DNA of 64,000 nucleotides from Candidatus Amesbacteria bacterium (lineage in GTDB: Bacteria; Patescibacteriota; Microgenomatia; CAZETR01; Amesbacteraceae). Location: the NCBI GenBank assembly GCA_963736875.1, contig CAVTQH010000002.1, positions 199,927-263,926 of the forward strand. The letters run 5' to 3'. Made by a program: the position numbers and the translations under genes. The notes below the pieces were generated by a model, which worked only from the letters and a program-made list of their open reading frames with translations, made no database searches and was not told the DNA's origin. This document shows positions 19,563-30,637 of this stretch, in pieces (the first letter of the stretch is position 1; each line of letters begins with the position of its first letter).

Positions 19563-21684
19563 CTTTTTTCAAAAGCAGGGAATTGGTAATCACCGAGACT
19601 GAAGATAATGCCATAATAAGTCCCGCCAGCTCCGGTTTGAGTATCAGTCCCCAAGGAGCCAACACTCCGGCGGCAATCGGAATTCCCAAAACGTTATAAA
19701 TCAGGGCAAAAAACAAATTTTCCCTGATTTTATTCATGGTTTTTCTGGACAAATTAATAGCCGCCGTGACATCACCGGGATCATTTTTAACCAATACCAC
19801 TTCCCCGCTTTCGATTGCCACATCGGTTCCCGATCCCATGGTAATTCCCAGATCGGCAGCAGCCAGTGCCGGCGCATCATTTATCCCGTCACCTACCATG
19901 GCCACGGTTTTGCCGGCTGCCTGAAGCTTCCTGATTTCCCCGGTTTTGTTTTCCGGTAATACTTCAGCTAACACGTTTTCTATTCCCAGCCCGGAAGCTA
20001 CTGCTCTGACCGTTTTCTCGTTGTCGCCGCTTAAAAGCCACACGTCCATACCCAGGCGTTTCAGCCTTTTAATCGCATTATTGCTTTCCGCTCTCACTTT
20101 ATCCGCAACTGCGATAAGTCCCAGCATCTTTTTATCTTTGGCCAGAATAACAGCGGTCTTGCCTTCATTTTCCCATTTTCCCGTCTCTTTCCCGGTGAAT
20201 TTAATATGATTTTCCGCCATCATTTTTTTGTTTCCCAGAAAATACTTTACCCCCCTGATCCTCCCCGTCACTCCCTGCCCGGGTATGGCTGTAAAATCGT
20301 CAACATCTTCAATTTTCAATCCGCCTGATTTGGCCTTTTCGTAAATACATTTAGCCACGGGATGTTCAGAATTTCGTTCCAGACTTCCCGCCAGCTCGTA
20401 ACACCTCCGGAGAGGAAATATCGGTTACTTCCAGTTTTCCCTCGGTTAAGGTTCCGGTTTTATCAAAAACCACGGTATCGATTTTTCCCGCTTTTTCCAA
20501 AGCTTCCCCGCCTTTAATTAAAATGCCGTGAGTAGCTCCCAATCCCGTCCCTACCATAATGGCCGTGGGGGTGGCCAGCCCCAAAGCACACGGGCAGGCG
20601 ATTACTATCACCGAAACCATTGCCAGGACGGCATATGTCAATGATGCCTGCAAAACCACATACCACACTCCGAATGTAACTAAGGCAACAATTAACACCG
20701 CCGGTACAAACCAGCCCGATACCCGGTCCGCCAGATTCTGGATCGGGGCTTTTGTCTCCTGGGCTTCTTCAATTAATTTGCTGATTCGCGCTATTGTCGT
20801 TTGTTCTCCCACTCTGGTCACTCTGATTTCAATTACCCCCATCTGATTTATCGTTCCTCCGGACAACTTTGTCTCCCTCTTTTTTATCAACAGGCAGGCT
20901 TTCACCTGAAAGCATCGACTCGTTTACCGCCGTCTGTCCCCGGATTATTTCCCCGTCAATGGGGATTGTTTGCCCGGGCCTGACCAAAACCATATCCCCG
21001 ATTTTTAATTTTTCCGTTTCCGTCTCGGTTTCCTGACCGTTTCTGATCACAGTGGCGGTTTTAGGCTGAAGCTGCCCCAATTTCCTGATTGCCTCCGAGG
21101 TTTTTCCTTTGGCCCTGGCTTCCAGCCATTTGCCCAAAAGCACAAAAGTGATTAATAAAGCCGAAGTTTCAAAATAGGTAGCCTCTTTCCCCCAAATTAA
21201 ATTTATGACGCTGAATCCGTAGGCTACCGACGTGCCGATGGCGATTAGTGAATCCATATTAAAAGACTTTGACCGCAAGTGCCGACCATGCCCCCCGGTA
21301 AAATCTTCTGCCCAAAATAAACTGTACGGGAGTGGCCAGGATCCACCCCAAAAAAGGCGGAAGCATCATAATCGGTGCGGACAATATTCCCGCCCAAATA
21401 AATCTTTTTTTATACTCCCGTATTTCCGTTTCCTTCCCTATTTCTCTTTCAGCGCCGCTCCCCGCGATTTCAATTTTTGCCCCGTATCCCGCTTTTTCCA
21501 CCGCTTCCACCAGCTGTCCGGCCAAAACTTGGTTTTCGGCAATCACTCTGGCCTTTTCCGTCGCATAATTTACGTTTGCTTCCGTCACTCCGGGGATTTT
21601 TCTCAGACTTCTTTGAATCAAAAGTGCACATGATGTGCAGTCCATGCCCGTGATTTCCAGATTTACCTGCTTTTTCCCAGTCAT
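19552..21684 (-). CDS. copA: Cu(I)-translocating P1B-type ATPase, split by three frameshifts
   Basis: GMDCTSC metal-binding domain, [32 protein letters not shown] and MALSS motifs across ORFs 21259, 20829, 20366 and 19552. Confidence 0.9.
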
Positions 21685-21950
21685 TTTTCTTCAAACACCT
21701 TCATTACTTCGGCAATCGCCCTGTCGCGCTCTTCGGGCGTTCCCTTGACGGAGTCGGCGACACAGGTCTTGAGGTGGTTTTCCAAAATCAAGGCATCCAC
21801 TTTTTTCAAAGCCGCCTGTACGGCCTGGGACTGAGTGAGAATATCGATGCAGTAATCACCTTTTTCCACCATCTCAATCACTCTCTCCAAATGTCCTCTT
21901 ACAATTTTTAACCGGTGTTCCACACCTCCTCTGCTATCCGTGGTCCTCAT
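21681..21950 (-). CDS. csoR: CsoR/RcnR family metal-sensing repressor
   Basis: RLKIVRGHL, YCIDILTQ and HLKTC (C-H-C ligands); directly upstream of copA. Confidence 0.9.
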   Translation of the reverse strand: MRTTDSRGGVEHRLKIVRGHLERVIEMVEKGDYCIDILTQSQAVQAALKKVDALILENHLKTCVADSVKGTPEERDRAIAEVMKVFEEK

Positions 21951-21957
21951 AACTTAT

Positions 21958-21986
21958 ATTGTAATCCCCCCAGGGGGGATTGTCAA
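21958..21986 (-). promoter_or_regulatory. Sigma70 promoter of csoR-copA with palindromic CsoR operator
   Basis: Minus strand reads TTGACA-17 nt-TACAAT. The spacer is the perfect palindrome AATCCCCCC-N-GGGGGGATT (21963-21981). Confidence 0.85.
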
Positions 21987-23833
21987 CCTGCTCCTCCGCC
22001 CCCGCCCCCGCCCCCGCCCCCGCCTCCCCCGGAAAAACCTCCGCCTCCGCCTACTCCGGAAGCTCCGAAGTTGGAAAAACCCGAAGATATTGCCGAAAAT
22101 CCGTTAAACATCGAAGAAAATGAGCCGGAGAAATCCCCTGAACCGCCGCCGCTGCCGTAAAATCCCGTATATAGTCCGGAGCCGGCGAAAGCCGCTGAAA
22201 AGTTAACCGGTAATTGTGCCAGAGCCTTCAGAGACAGTCCCAAAGCCGCTCCGTAAACCAGGTACCTCTCCCACAAAATTACGGAATCAATAGGGTTATT
22301 TTTAGTCACACTGTAATCCTTCAGGTATTTTTTAAAAGCTCTCCACGAAGCCAGCTCCTGATTCCCCGTGTCGGTTCTTTTATTGATAGCTACTCTGAGA
22401 ATTTTCATCACAATACCTGCAATTCCGCTCATAACTACCAGGCCAAAGAGCAACCAGCCAAAACCGCTTATTCTGTCTGCCACCTGGATCAAAAACCACC
22501 CGACGATTATCGCAGCGAAAATATAAATATCATCTTCCTTATCGATTTTTAATGAAGCTTCATAACTTTTCGGCTCCAGTAAGCCAGAGTCTACCAGATG
22601 TTTGGCACAATCCTTTTGCCAGGTTTTCCAAAATGCCTTGGCCTCTTTCGGTTTAGTTCTTCCGATATTTTTTACGCTGTCCAGGGATAATATATTGCTT
22701 TCGGAAAACAGGAAATCAATCAGTTCGGTTTCCAAAACAGACAATCCTGTCCGGCTTGTTTTGGTATCCAAAATCAGCAGAAATCTGTCTTTTTGGGGGA
22801 ATATCCCCAGGATCGGCTCCTGTTTCTCTTTTGAAATAGTTATCACCTTCTTACGTATCAGATCAATGATTGTCGCGGTAATCGCCTTACCGGTCGGTTT
22901 CAGATTCCAGGAAAGCAGGGTTTCCACCGAGCCCGGATCCAGGTCTGAAGGCGGTTCGTGCAGTGTTCCGGCCAGATTAACTGAAGGAATTGGTTTATCC
23001 CGGCCGATTCTCCACCACCGGATAATCCAGTAACACACCCGGGATATCATCAGTAAACTTATTCCCGCTGCCGCAGCCAGTAAAAGCATATCCCCCAGGC
23101 CCTGAATAATTCCCTGCTGCCGGGTTTCGTCGCCGAACTTTGTCTCTTCATTCAGTATTTCCTGCAGGGTTTGACTGCTTGTTCTGGGCATCCGCTCATC
23201 TGATTTGGGATACAACACTCTGACTTCAAACATTTTCTTTGGCGGCAGAGCCGAAGCGGAAAATTCTGCCTCCTGATTGGTCGATATGGTTACTTTTCCG
23301 TTTAATGGTCCGTGTCCGAAAGCCCATATTTTATCTTCCGGAGCCGGATAGGGGAGCAATACTTTAGCCGTGACCTCCCCGCTGCCTTTCTCCCATTTAT
23401 TGCCGATCAGCTGCCAGTAAAATTCCCGGATATCGGGGTGATCGGCAACCGCATTTTCCAGAGTGTACCTGATGGTAAATATCTTGGTGGTATTTACGGC
23501 CGAGTAAAACCATTTAAGATACAAACGGTCTGTCTCATTAGTTTTCTCAAACCGGAGCGGCCCCTTTTCATCAGTGATTTGGATATTATCAATGACGTAA
23601 TTGGAGCAAGTTGTGGCTTTGACGCATTTTCCCGTCAGATTTATCCACATATCCGCCCAGGAAAACGACCCGTCAAATTTATATGTTCTTTCCTCGGTTA
23701 TCAGTGCTTCCCCGCTTTTCTCCAGATTAACTGTAAAATCCGCCCGGGTAATCGTATAATCCTTGGCTTGAGCCCTGACAGGCTGCCAAATCGCTGCCAA
23801 AAAAAGTATCAGTATGATTGCTTTCAGCTTCAT
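21983..23833 (-). CDS. DUF2207 family membrane protein
   Basis: Signal peptide, ITEERTY.FDG, EFYWQLIG, WERYLVYGAALG and a Gly-rich tail. Confidence 0.88.
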   Translation of the reverse strand: MKLKAIILILFLAAIWQPVRAQAKDYTITRADFTVNLEKSGEALITEERTYKFDGSFSWADMWINLTGKCVKATTCSNYVIDNIQITDEKGPLRFEKTNETDRLYLKWFYSAVNTTKIFTIRYTLENAVADHPDIREFYWQLIGNKWEKGSGEVTAKVLLPYPAPEDKIWAFGHGPLNGKVTISTNQEAEFSASALPPKKMFEVRVLYPKSDERMPRTSSQTLQEILNEETKFGDETRQQGIIQGLGDMLLLAAAAGISLLMISRVCYWIIRWWRIGRDKPIPSVNLAGTLHEPPSDLDPGSVETLLSWNLKPTGKAITATIIDLIRKKVITISKEKQEPILGIFPQKDRFLLILDTKTSRTGLSVLETELIDFLFSESNILSLDSVKNIGRTKPKEAKAFWKTWQKDCAKHLVDSGLLEPKSYEASLKIDKEDDIYIFAAIIVGWFLIQVADRISGFGWLLFGLVVMSGIAGIVMKILRVAINKRTDTGNQELASWRAFKKYLKDYSVTKNNPIDSVILWERYLVYGAALGLSLKALAQLPVNFSAAFAGSGLYTGFYGSGGGSGDFSGSFSSMFNGFSAISSGFSNFGASGVGGGGGFSGGGGGGGGGGGGGAG

Positions 23834-23870
23834 ACACAATTTATTATAATCTGGTTTAAGCCCGAAGTTT

Positions 23871-24476
23871 ATGTACGAAGTTATTTTCGATCTGGAAACA
23901 CAGAATTGGTTTGACGAAACCGGTACAACTAATCCGGGAGATCTGAAAGTGTCCGTTGTTTCTCTCTACACCCGGGTGCTTGACGCGGATCTCAAAGAAA
24001 CAAAAGGGGAAATGTTAAGTTTTTGGGAACATGAGCTGGAGAAAATGTGGAAATATTTCCGGCAGGCAAACCGGATTATCGGCTTTAATTCAATTAATTT
24101 TGATGTACCGGTTCTTAAGTCCTATGCCCCGGCCGATTTTTCCGGGCTTCCCCACTTTGATATATTAAATCACGTCAAAGAAGCTTTTGGTCGCCGAATT
24201 TCTTTAAACCGGATTGCCAAAGATACTTTGGGTCAAACAAAAATCGATTCCGGGGCCAATGCCGTCAAATACTGGCGGAAAGGTGATCGGGAAAGCCTGG
24301 CCAAGCTCAAAAAATACTGCGAAGCGGATGTCACTATCACCCGGGACATTTATGATCATGGTTTGCACCACCGGCACCTGCGTTTTACCGATCACTGGAA
24401 TAATCCCCGTCTAATTGCCGTTGATTTTTCCTACCCCGAAAAAGACTCTTCTTCCGCCCAGCCCAGTTTGTTTTGA
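23871..24476 (+). CDS. RNase H-like 3'-5' exonuclease (YprB/RNase_H_2-like)
   Basis: FDLETQ, IGFNS..FDVP and KYCEADV motifs. Confidence 0.85.
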   Translation: MYEVIFDLETQNWFDETGTTNPGDLKVSVVSLYTRVLDADLKETKGEMLSFWEHELEKMWKYFRQANRIIGFNSINFDVPVLKSYAPADFSGLPHFDILNHVKEAFGRRISLNRIAKDTLGQTKIDSGANAVKYWRKGDRESLAKLKKYCEADVTITRDIYDHGLHHRHLRFTDHWNNPRLIAVDFSYPEKDSSSAQPSLF

Positions 24477-24523
24477 TCTTTGATTATTACTGGTTTTTGA
24501 AGCAGAGTTTATAATCACAAACA

Positions 24524-25091
24524 ATGGTGGACAAGCACCCCAGGGTGTATCGAGGCAGCGAGCGGCATATTTAGACGATCTTTATAAAAAGGCGATAAAT
24601 GGAGATTTTGAGCGGGAGGAGAGTTATCCAAAATTGCCGGGTGGATTTCCCTGGCCAGGGAGTTGGTCATAAAAATGGATAAGTGCTACCGGATCTGTCA
24701 GCGTAAAACCGGTCACCGATTTAAGGCAACAGGTTGAATTTAAAAGAGACAATATTTTACATTATGCATCCGCTGCCGCTGTCGGGCTAGATTACGGCAA
24801 ATCGGAGTAGCTGCTGAATGGGAAATGCCGCCTGCCGGTTCTACAATCGAGGAATTTCCCGTAATGCCTGTTTCCGAAGCAGCCGCGTTAATACACACTG
24901 CCCGGCAATTAAATAAAAGAGGCGGCGGAGTTCGGTTGGAAGATTGGTCGCACGCCGATCAGGAAAGGTTGTTAAGGGGAGAGAAACCCAAAGGAGTTCC
25001 GACACATAGAATTTATAGCGAGGCGGTCGGAAATGCTAGTATTTATATTGTCGCATGGTTAAAAAAACACCCGCCCGGACCAACGAACTGA
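24524..25091 (+). pseudogene. Fragmented hypothetical gene (frameshifts, real or artefactual)
   Basis: ATG 24524 lies 8 nt after TATAAT. Coding-like text continues in shifted frames into ORF 24825..25091. Confidence 0.35.
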
Positions 25092-27475
25092 AGCTTTCCC
25101 GTGTATCTGCCTGGGCAGTGTTACTGCGCCAGCTGAAAAATCCGCTTTTATACATTCTTCTGGTTACCACCACTGTCGCTTTTCTTTTCGGTTCGCGTTT
25201 TTCTGCCCTGGTGGTTACCTGGATGATGTTTTTATCCGTTTTCCTGGGATTTTGGAACGAATTCCGGGCGGAGAAAACCATGGAGGATCTGTTAAAAAGG
25301 ATTTCCTTTACGGCTACGGTAATCAGAAACGGGACCAAACTAAGTCTTCCGGTTAAAGATATCCGGGTGGGGGATCATGTTCTGCTGTACCAGGGGGCGG
25401 TTGTTCCCGCGGACTTAAAGCTTCAAGAGGAGAAAGGATTGGAAGTCGATGAAGCGGTGATTACCGGTGAATCGGCTCCGGTTCATAAAAGCCGCGAAGA
25501 CGGACAGGTGTATATGGGAACAACTGTAGTTTCCGGAGAAGGCAGGGGGATTGTCACGGCCATCGGCACCGATACCAGATTCGGGGAAATCAGTGCCAGT
25601 GTGGCTTCAGTCCGGCCGGAAACTGAATTTCAGAAAGGTCTTAAATCCTTTGGTGTCCTGTTGGTTTGGGTTATCTCAACCATGGCTCTGGTGATTTTTG
25701 TTGTCAACTGGCTGTTGGGCAGATCCTGGATAGACTCCGCCCTTTTTGCTTTAGCGGTGGCTATCGGATTGACTCCGGAACTATTGCCTGTGGTGGTCAC
25801 CGTCAGTTTGTCCCATGGCGCCCGGCGTCTGGCCAAAAAAGACATTATTGTCAAGCAGCTGGTAGCCATTGAGGACCTGGGAAATATGGAGGTCCTCTGC
25901 TGTGACAAAACCGGCACTCTGACCGAGGGTAAACTGCAGTTGGTTTCCCACCAGAATCCCGAAGGGAAGGATAATCTGCGTGTTTTAGAGCTGGCTCTTA
26001 TCTGTAACTCCGCCGTTGTCCATCATAAAATTTTCGGTGATGCCATCGATTCAGCCATCTGGCAGCATGCCCAAAATCAGCGGATCAGACTTCCGGGAAA
26101 AATTACCAAAGTTCTGGAAATGCCCTTTGACTACGAACACCGGGCAATGTTTACTGTTGTCGAAGAAAATCACGACCGTACCTACATTTATAAAGGGGCT
26201 CCGGACGCGGTGATCGAAGCCAGCGCCGGTGACAAAAAAACCATTGCCGCACTTCATGCCAAAGTGGACAATTGGTATTCGTCAGGTTACAGGGTAATAG
26301 GAATTGCCACCAAACATGTTACCGCCTCCGAGCGTTACACTTTCTCCGACGCCCATCATTTGAAACTGGAAGGTTTTATTCTCTTTTCCGATCCGCCCAA
26401 ACCCGGGGTCAGAGCCGCCCTGGACCATTTTGAAAATTTAGGGGTGAAGCTGAAAGTGGTTACCGGTGACAATGAATTTGTCACCCGTAAAATCTGTCAG
26501 GAAATCGATTTAAAATGCGACAAAATTCTTACCGGACCGGAAGTGTCCCAAATGACCGAATCCGAATTAATCGATGTGGTCTGGCAGACGGACGTTTTTG
26601 CCCGTATGACGCCGGACAAAAAACTCCGGGTGATCAGGGCCTTGAAGCACGGTAACCATACGGTTGCTTACATCGGTGACGGTATTAATGACGCTCCGGC
26701 GCTTCACGAAGCCGATGCCGGCATATCGGTCGAAACCGCTGTTGATGTGGCCAAAGATACGGCCTCCATCGTTCTGATGCGCAAAAGTCTGAATGTGATT
26801 GTTGAAGGTGTGGCTGAAGGCCGCCGCACTTTTGTCAATACCCTCAAATATATTTTGATGGGTACCAGCAGCAATTTCGGGAATATGTTTTCCATGGCCG
26901 GGGCTTCCTTTATACTGCCGTTTCTTCCCATGACACCATCCCAGATTCTTCTGACCAATGCCATGTACGATGTTTCCCAGTTAAGCATCCCGACCGACAA
27001 TGTTGACCCGGAAGAACTTCATCAGCCCAAAAAATGGGATATCGGCATTATCCGCCGTTATATGGTCTTTTTCGGTCCGATCAGTTCCCTGTATGATTTT
27101 ATGACCTTCGGGGTAATGTATTTTCTGTTCCATGCCCGAGGCAGCCTCTTTCAGACCGGCTGGTTTATAGAATCACTGGCCACACAAATCATGGTGATTT
27201 TTATTATCCGTACCAACCGTATACCCTTTTATAAAAGCCGTCCCGGGTTAATTCTGACAGTTGCCAGTCTGGGAGCGGTTTTTGTTGCCATGTGTCTGCC
27301 GTTTTCCCCTCTTTCCCGTTTTTTTGAATTTTCACCTCTGCCCCCGCTTTACTTCCTGATCCTGGTTCTCATGGTTCTTACGTATCTCGTATTGGTTGAA
27401 GTGGGTAAAAAATTTCTTCTCCGCCGGGCTCTTACCCCTGCTGCCCCGGCTAAACTATTAAAGCCGCAGACTTAA
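25055..27475 (+). CDS. mgtA: Mg2+-translocating P-type ATPase
   Basis: [33 protein letters not shown] and FQTGWFIES motifs. Confidence 0.9.
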   Translation: MVKKTPARTNELKLSRVSAWAVLLRQLKNPLLYILLVTTTVAFLFGSRFSALVVTWMMFLSVFLGFWNEFRAEKTMEDLLKRISFTATVIRNGTKLSLPVKDIRVGDHVLLYQGAVVPADLKLQEEKGLEVDEAVITGESAPVHKSREDGQVYMGTTVVSGEGRGIVTAIGTDTRFGEISASVASVRPETEFQKGLKSFGVLLVWVISTMALVIFVVNWLLGRSWIDSALFALAVAIGLTPELLPVVVTVSLSHGARRLAKKDIIVKQLVAIEDLGNMEVLCCDKTGTLTEGKLQLVSHQNPEGKDNLRVLELALICNSAVVHHKIFGDAIDSAIWQHAQNQRIRLPGKITKVLEMPFDYEHRAMFTVVEENHDRTYIYKGAPDAVIEASAGDKKTIAALHAKVDNWYSSGYRVIGIATKHVTASERYTFSDAHHLKLEGFILFSDPPKPGVRAALDHFENLGVKLKVVTGDNEFVTRKICQEIDLKCDKILTGPEVSQMTESELIDVVWQTDVFARMTPDKKLRVIRALKHGNHTVAYIGDGINDAPALHEADAGISVETAVDVAKDTASIVLMRKSLNVIVEGVAEGRRTFVNTLKYILMGTSSNFGNMFSMAGASFILPFLPMTPSQILLTNAMYDVSQLSIPTDNVDPEELHQPKKWDIGIIRRYMVFFGPISSLYDFMTFGVMYFLFHARGSLFQTGWFIESLATQIMVIFIIRTNRIPFYKSRPGLILTVASLGAVFVAMCLPFSPLSRFFEFSPLPPLYFLILVLMVLTYLVLVEVGKKFLLRRALTPAAPAKLLKPQT

Positions 27476-27627
27476 ATACTAATACAAATTTCCCGACAGC
27501 AGTTTTTTCAAGGAAAAAACTGTAAAACCTGGTAAATAATTTCATATGTCCCAATACTAGATCCGTTCCCCGAAATAATCCGTATCTTTTCTCACCGACA
27601 ATTCGTAATGCTTTTCACAAAAGAAGT

Positions 27628-29997
27628 TCAGCGCCTGGGTTTTCGCCACACCAAAGCGGCAAAGGCAACCGCATAACTGATGATTCCTATGGCTAAGGTG
27701 GTGTGTATGCCCCGGGAAATGGCCACAATTACCGCCAGCACTGAAGCCAAAACCGAGACAGCTCCGTTTATCGCCCAGAACCAGGGAGTCAGATGTTTAT
27801 GCTCCCGGTTTGCCAGCTTCAGTCCGATTCCAAACGGCATACCCATCAAAAAACTCAAAGGTACCAGAATCATAACCGTCAGCCCGATTCTCACCGGGGT
27901 GGTTTGACTTTGAAAGCCGGATACCAATCCGGAAGTTACCGCTCCCGCCAGCACCAGTACTCCTAAAAGTGTCCCCAAAAACCACCGGTAATGTTTAAAG
28001 TATTTCCCGGCCACAAAACTTCCCGCCCCGCCGCAGACCAAAAGTAAAAACAGCACCACCATTACGCTGTAGATTGGGTGCCCCAAAAAAATCATCAGTC
28101 TCTGCATCAGACCGATTTCCGTCATCATAAATCCCATGCCGATTCCTGCAAAAAAGATCAAAAACGGAACCGATCTGAAAAAATTCACATTTTGGCTTTT
28201 CTGCATCATGGGAAAAATCACCAGCACCAGCGTTAAGACGGTTACCATCAGAAGGAGATTGCCCAAAACTCTCGAAGAGTCATCCAAAGGCATCATTCCG
28301 CTGGACAGGCGTTTTTCACTGCCCCGTCCCCACATCAGCCTGCTCATTTGGAAAAAATAAGGACTGTCATCGACGGGAGCGGCAATATTTGCCGGGAAAT
28401 TGGCTATCACCGCCCGGTCTCCCTGTCCGGACAGAAGTTTAGGCAGGTCGGGGTCTGCCGACCGTCCGGGGATGTACAACAATTCAAATCCCAGATCATC
28501 CGCAACTTTTTTTATCGCCGCCAGTTGTGCAGGTTTAAAAGGTTTCTTACCGGCAATAACCGTCGCTACCCCTTCCGCTGAATTTTTATCACCTGCCGTC
28601 GGCAGTTTTTGCACTGCAATAATCACGTGCCCCGTGGCATCGGTTACTCCCAGGCGTTGTAAACCCGCACGGGCCAGGGTCACCAGGCGGTATACTTCCG
28701 CCGGTAATTTGGAGTTATACCACCGGGACACGGTTAATATTCCCCGGTCGCTCAGGTGATCAAAAAACAACTGCCAGGCTTCGGCGGTATACAGGGAATT
28801 TTCCGTCAGCGCATATGCTCCGGTAGACACGGACGCCCAGGTATCGATCAGTGAAATTTGTATCGCATCGTATTTTTCTTCTGCCCTGGCGATATAACTT
28901 CTCGCTTCATCCGTCACAATTTTTACTCTGGGGTCCTGGTTTAAATACCCCGTGTAATCTCCGAGTCTGCGGTGGACAATGTCGTTAATATCCTGGTTTA
29001 TCTCCACTCCTGTAACCGATTTTTGGCCCGTTACCAGAGCCGAAAGCACGTCTCTCCCTCCGCCCGATCCGATAACCAGCACTTTTCCGCCCGAAACCAG
29101 GTAATATCCGAAATTGGTTACGTCATATTTTAAAAAATTCAGTTTTGTCAGATCCCCGTCAAACCTGGTAATTACGGTAAAAGCGCTGGAATCAATATTC
29201 ATCCCCAGCTGGGGTATCTTTACCGCCGGCGTTTTTACCGACAATCCATATCCTTCCGGTAAATATGTCTGATTGGGATCTCCGAACACCATTACCCGGG
29301 AATAGGAATTCCATCTTTCGACGAGGGGTACCGGCTGAATCCGGTTTTTGGCCTGCCTGATCAGGATCGCCGATCGGCCGGTGAAGTTATAATACCCGGC
29401 ACCCATCAGGACCAGAATTCCCAGTCCCGCCCCTGTTTTCACCACCGTTTCTTTCAATTTATCCAGCCGGTAATATGTCGCCAGGTTGTAAGCCCCGAGA
29501 ATTGCCAGAAGAGCCACCCCTCCGCCCGCCGTCACTCCGTCCAGTATCTGCATCGCTCCGATGTATACCAGGCACCCTACTCCGGATCCGGCCAGATCCG
29601 CCGCATACATTTTCCCCGGTTCCGCCCCTGATCGCGTCAGGGCGGCACAAATGACAACTCCGCTGAAAAAAAACGGCACCGCCGCGATCAAAAATATCAC
29701 TGCCATCGGCAGGGGTATTAAAGCAAAAAGTACCAGTCCCGCCAGAGCCGTAAATGCCATCATGAGGGAACTCGTGCTCATTGTCCGGCCCAAAAGCTTA
29801 CTCCCGAAAATTGCCGGTTTCGTATATACAAATACCGCTCCGGCTGTCATCCCGAGCATCGCCAGAGATACTGCCATAAACGCAAAGTGGTACCACATCA
29901 GCACACTGAAAAACCGGGTCAGAAGCAGTTCGTACATCAGAGTCGCGGCCGATATCCAAAACAAACCTGAATAGTTAGACGATTTTTTCCCTGGCAT
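27628..29997 (-). CDS. Membrane-embedded spermidine-synthase-like SAM-binding protein
   Basis: N- and C-terminal TM bundles around VLVIGSGGGRD, VEIN, DEARSY and ENSLYT motifs. Confidence 0.75.
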   Translation of the reverse strand: MPGKKSSNYSGLFWISAATLMYELLLTRFFSVLMWYHFAFMAVSLAMLGMTAGAVFVYTKPAIFGSKLLGRTMSTSSLMMAFTALAGLVLFALIPLPMAVIFLIAAVPFFFSGVVICAALTRSGAEPGKMYAADLAGSGVGCLVYIGAMQILDGVTAGGGVALLAILGAYNLATYYRLDKLKETVVKTGAGLGILVLMGAGYYNFTGRSAILIRQAKNRIQPVPLVERWNSYSRVMVFGDPNQTYLPEGYGLSVKTPAVKIPQLGMNIDSSAFTVITRFDGDLTKLNFLKYDVTNFGYYLVSGGKVLVIGSGGGRDVLSALVTGQKSVTGVEINQDINDIVHRRLGDYTGYLNQDPRVKIVTDEARSYIARAEEKYDAIQISLIDTWASVSTGAYALTENSLYTAEAWQLFFDHLSDRGILTVSRWYNSKLPAEVYRLVTLARAGLQRLGVTDATGHVIIAVQKLPTAGDKNSAEGVATVIAGKKPFKPAQLAAIKKVADDLGFELLYIPGRSADPDLPKLLSGQGDRAVIANFPANIAAPVDDSPYFFQMSRLMWGRGSEKRLSSGMMPLDDSSRVLGNLLLMVTVLTLVLVIFPMMQKSQNVNFFRSVPFLIFFAGIGMGFMMTEIGLMQRLMIFLGHPIYSVMVVLFLLLVCGGAGSFVAGKYFKHYRWFLGTLLGVLVLAGAVTSGLVSGFQSQTTPVRIGLTVMILVPLSFLMGMPFGIGLKLANREHKHLTPWFWAINGAVSVLASVLAVIVAISRGIHTTLAIGIISYAVAFAALVWRKPRR

Positions 29998-30062
29998 GAT
30001 ATTTTTGTGATTATATCTTATCCGATAACCGTCAGAATTCTAACTTACGGTCTCTGTTCGGA

Positions 30063-30533
30063 TTATCTTCTTCCTCGTCGTATAGGTCCCACCAGCTTAT
30101 TTTTCAATTCTGCCGCCGGGCTTTTAATTATAAATCCGGTATTTTCGGGTAACCTGAACAGGTTATACCAGGCAACACCGGTAAATCTATCCGGATCAAC
30201 GGATATTGGACCGAGCATTTCCTTGTTTATCAGTGATATGGCAATATTTTGGACCAGATAATAACCCGTATCACTGGTAAATCCTTTGTCATCTTTTAGA
30301 TCTGTTCTTGGTCGCGGGTACAGTAATTTAATATTTTCGTCTGTAAGGCCTAACTGTTCCTGCAGAATTTGCCATGCACTCAGAAGCAGTGTGCGATAGT
30401 CGTGCAACACCTTCGGTCTGTGCATTTCTCCGGGAACCGTTAATGTACCGTCAACTTGACTCAAAAACAGCAGATCCGCCCCGGATGTATGCAGGTATAT
30501 CTGCAAACCCCTGTTTAATTCGCTGGAATTCAT
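30063..30533 (-). CDS. Hypothetical protein
   Basis: 156-aa ORF in the gap; no clear motif. Confidence 0.55.
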   Translation of the reverse strand: MNSSELNRGLQIYLHTSGADLLFLSQVDGTLTVPGEMHRPKVLHDYRTLLLSAWQILQEQLGLTDENIKLLYPRPRTDLKDDKGFTSDTGYYLVQNIAISLINKEMLGPISVDPDRFTGVAWYNLFRLPENTGFIIKSPAAELKNKLVGPIRRGRR

Positions 30534-30637
30534 CGTGTGGCCATTGTATCAAGTTCAGTCAAGAGCTTTGGTGTTGAAGCTGCTCCCTTTTAAAAATGCC
30601 CGGCTTCATCCGGAAAAAATTTTAGTATACTGAAAGT

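Noticed and set aside
21915-22160. Poly-proline ORF / GC-rich repeat
   Set aside because: Antisense shadow of the Gly-rich tail of the DUF2207 protein.
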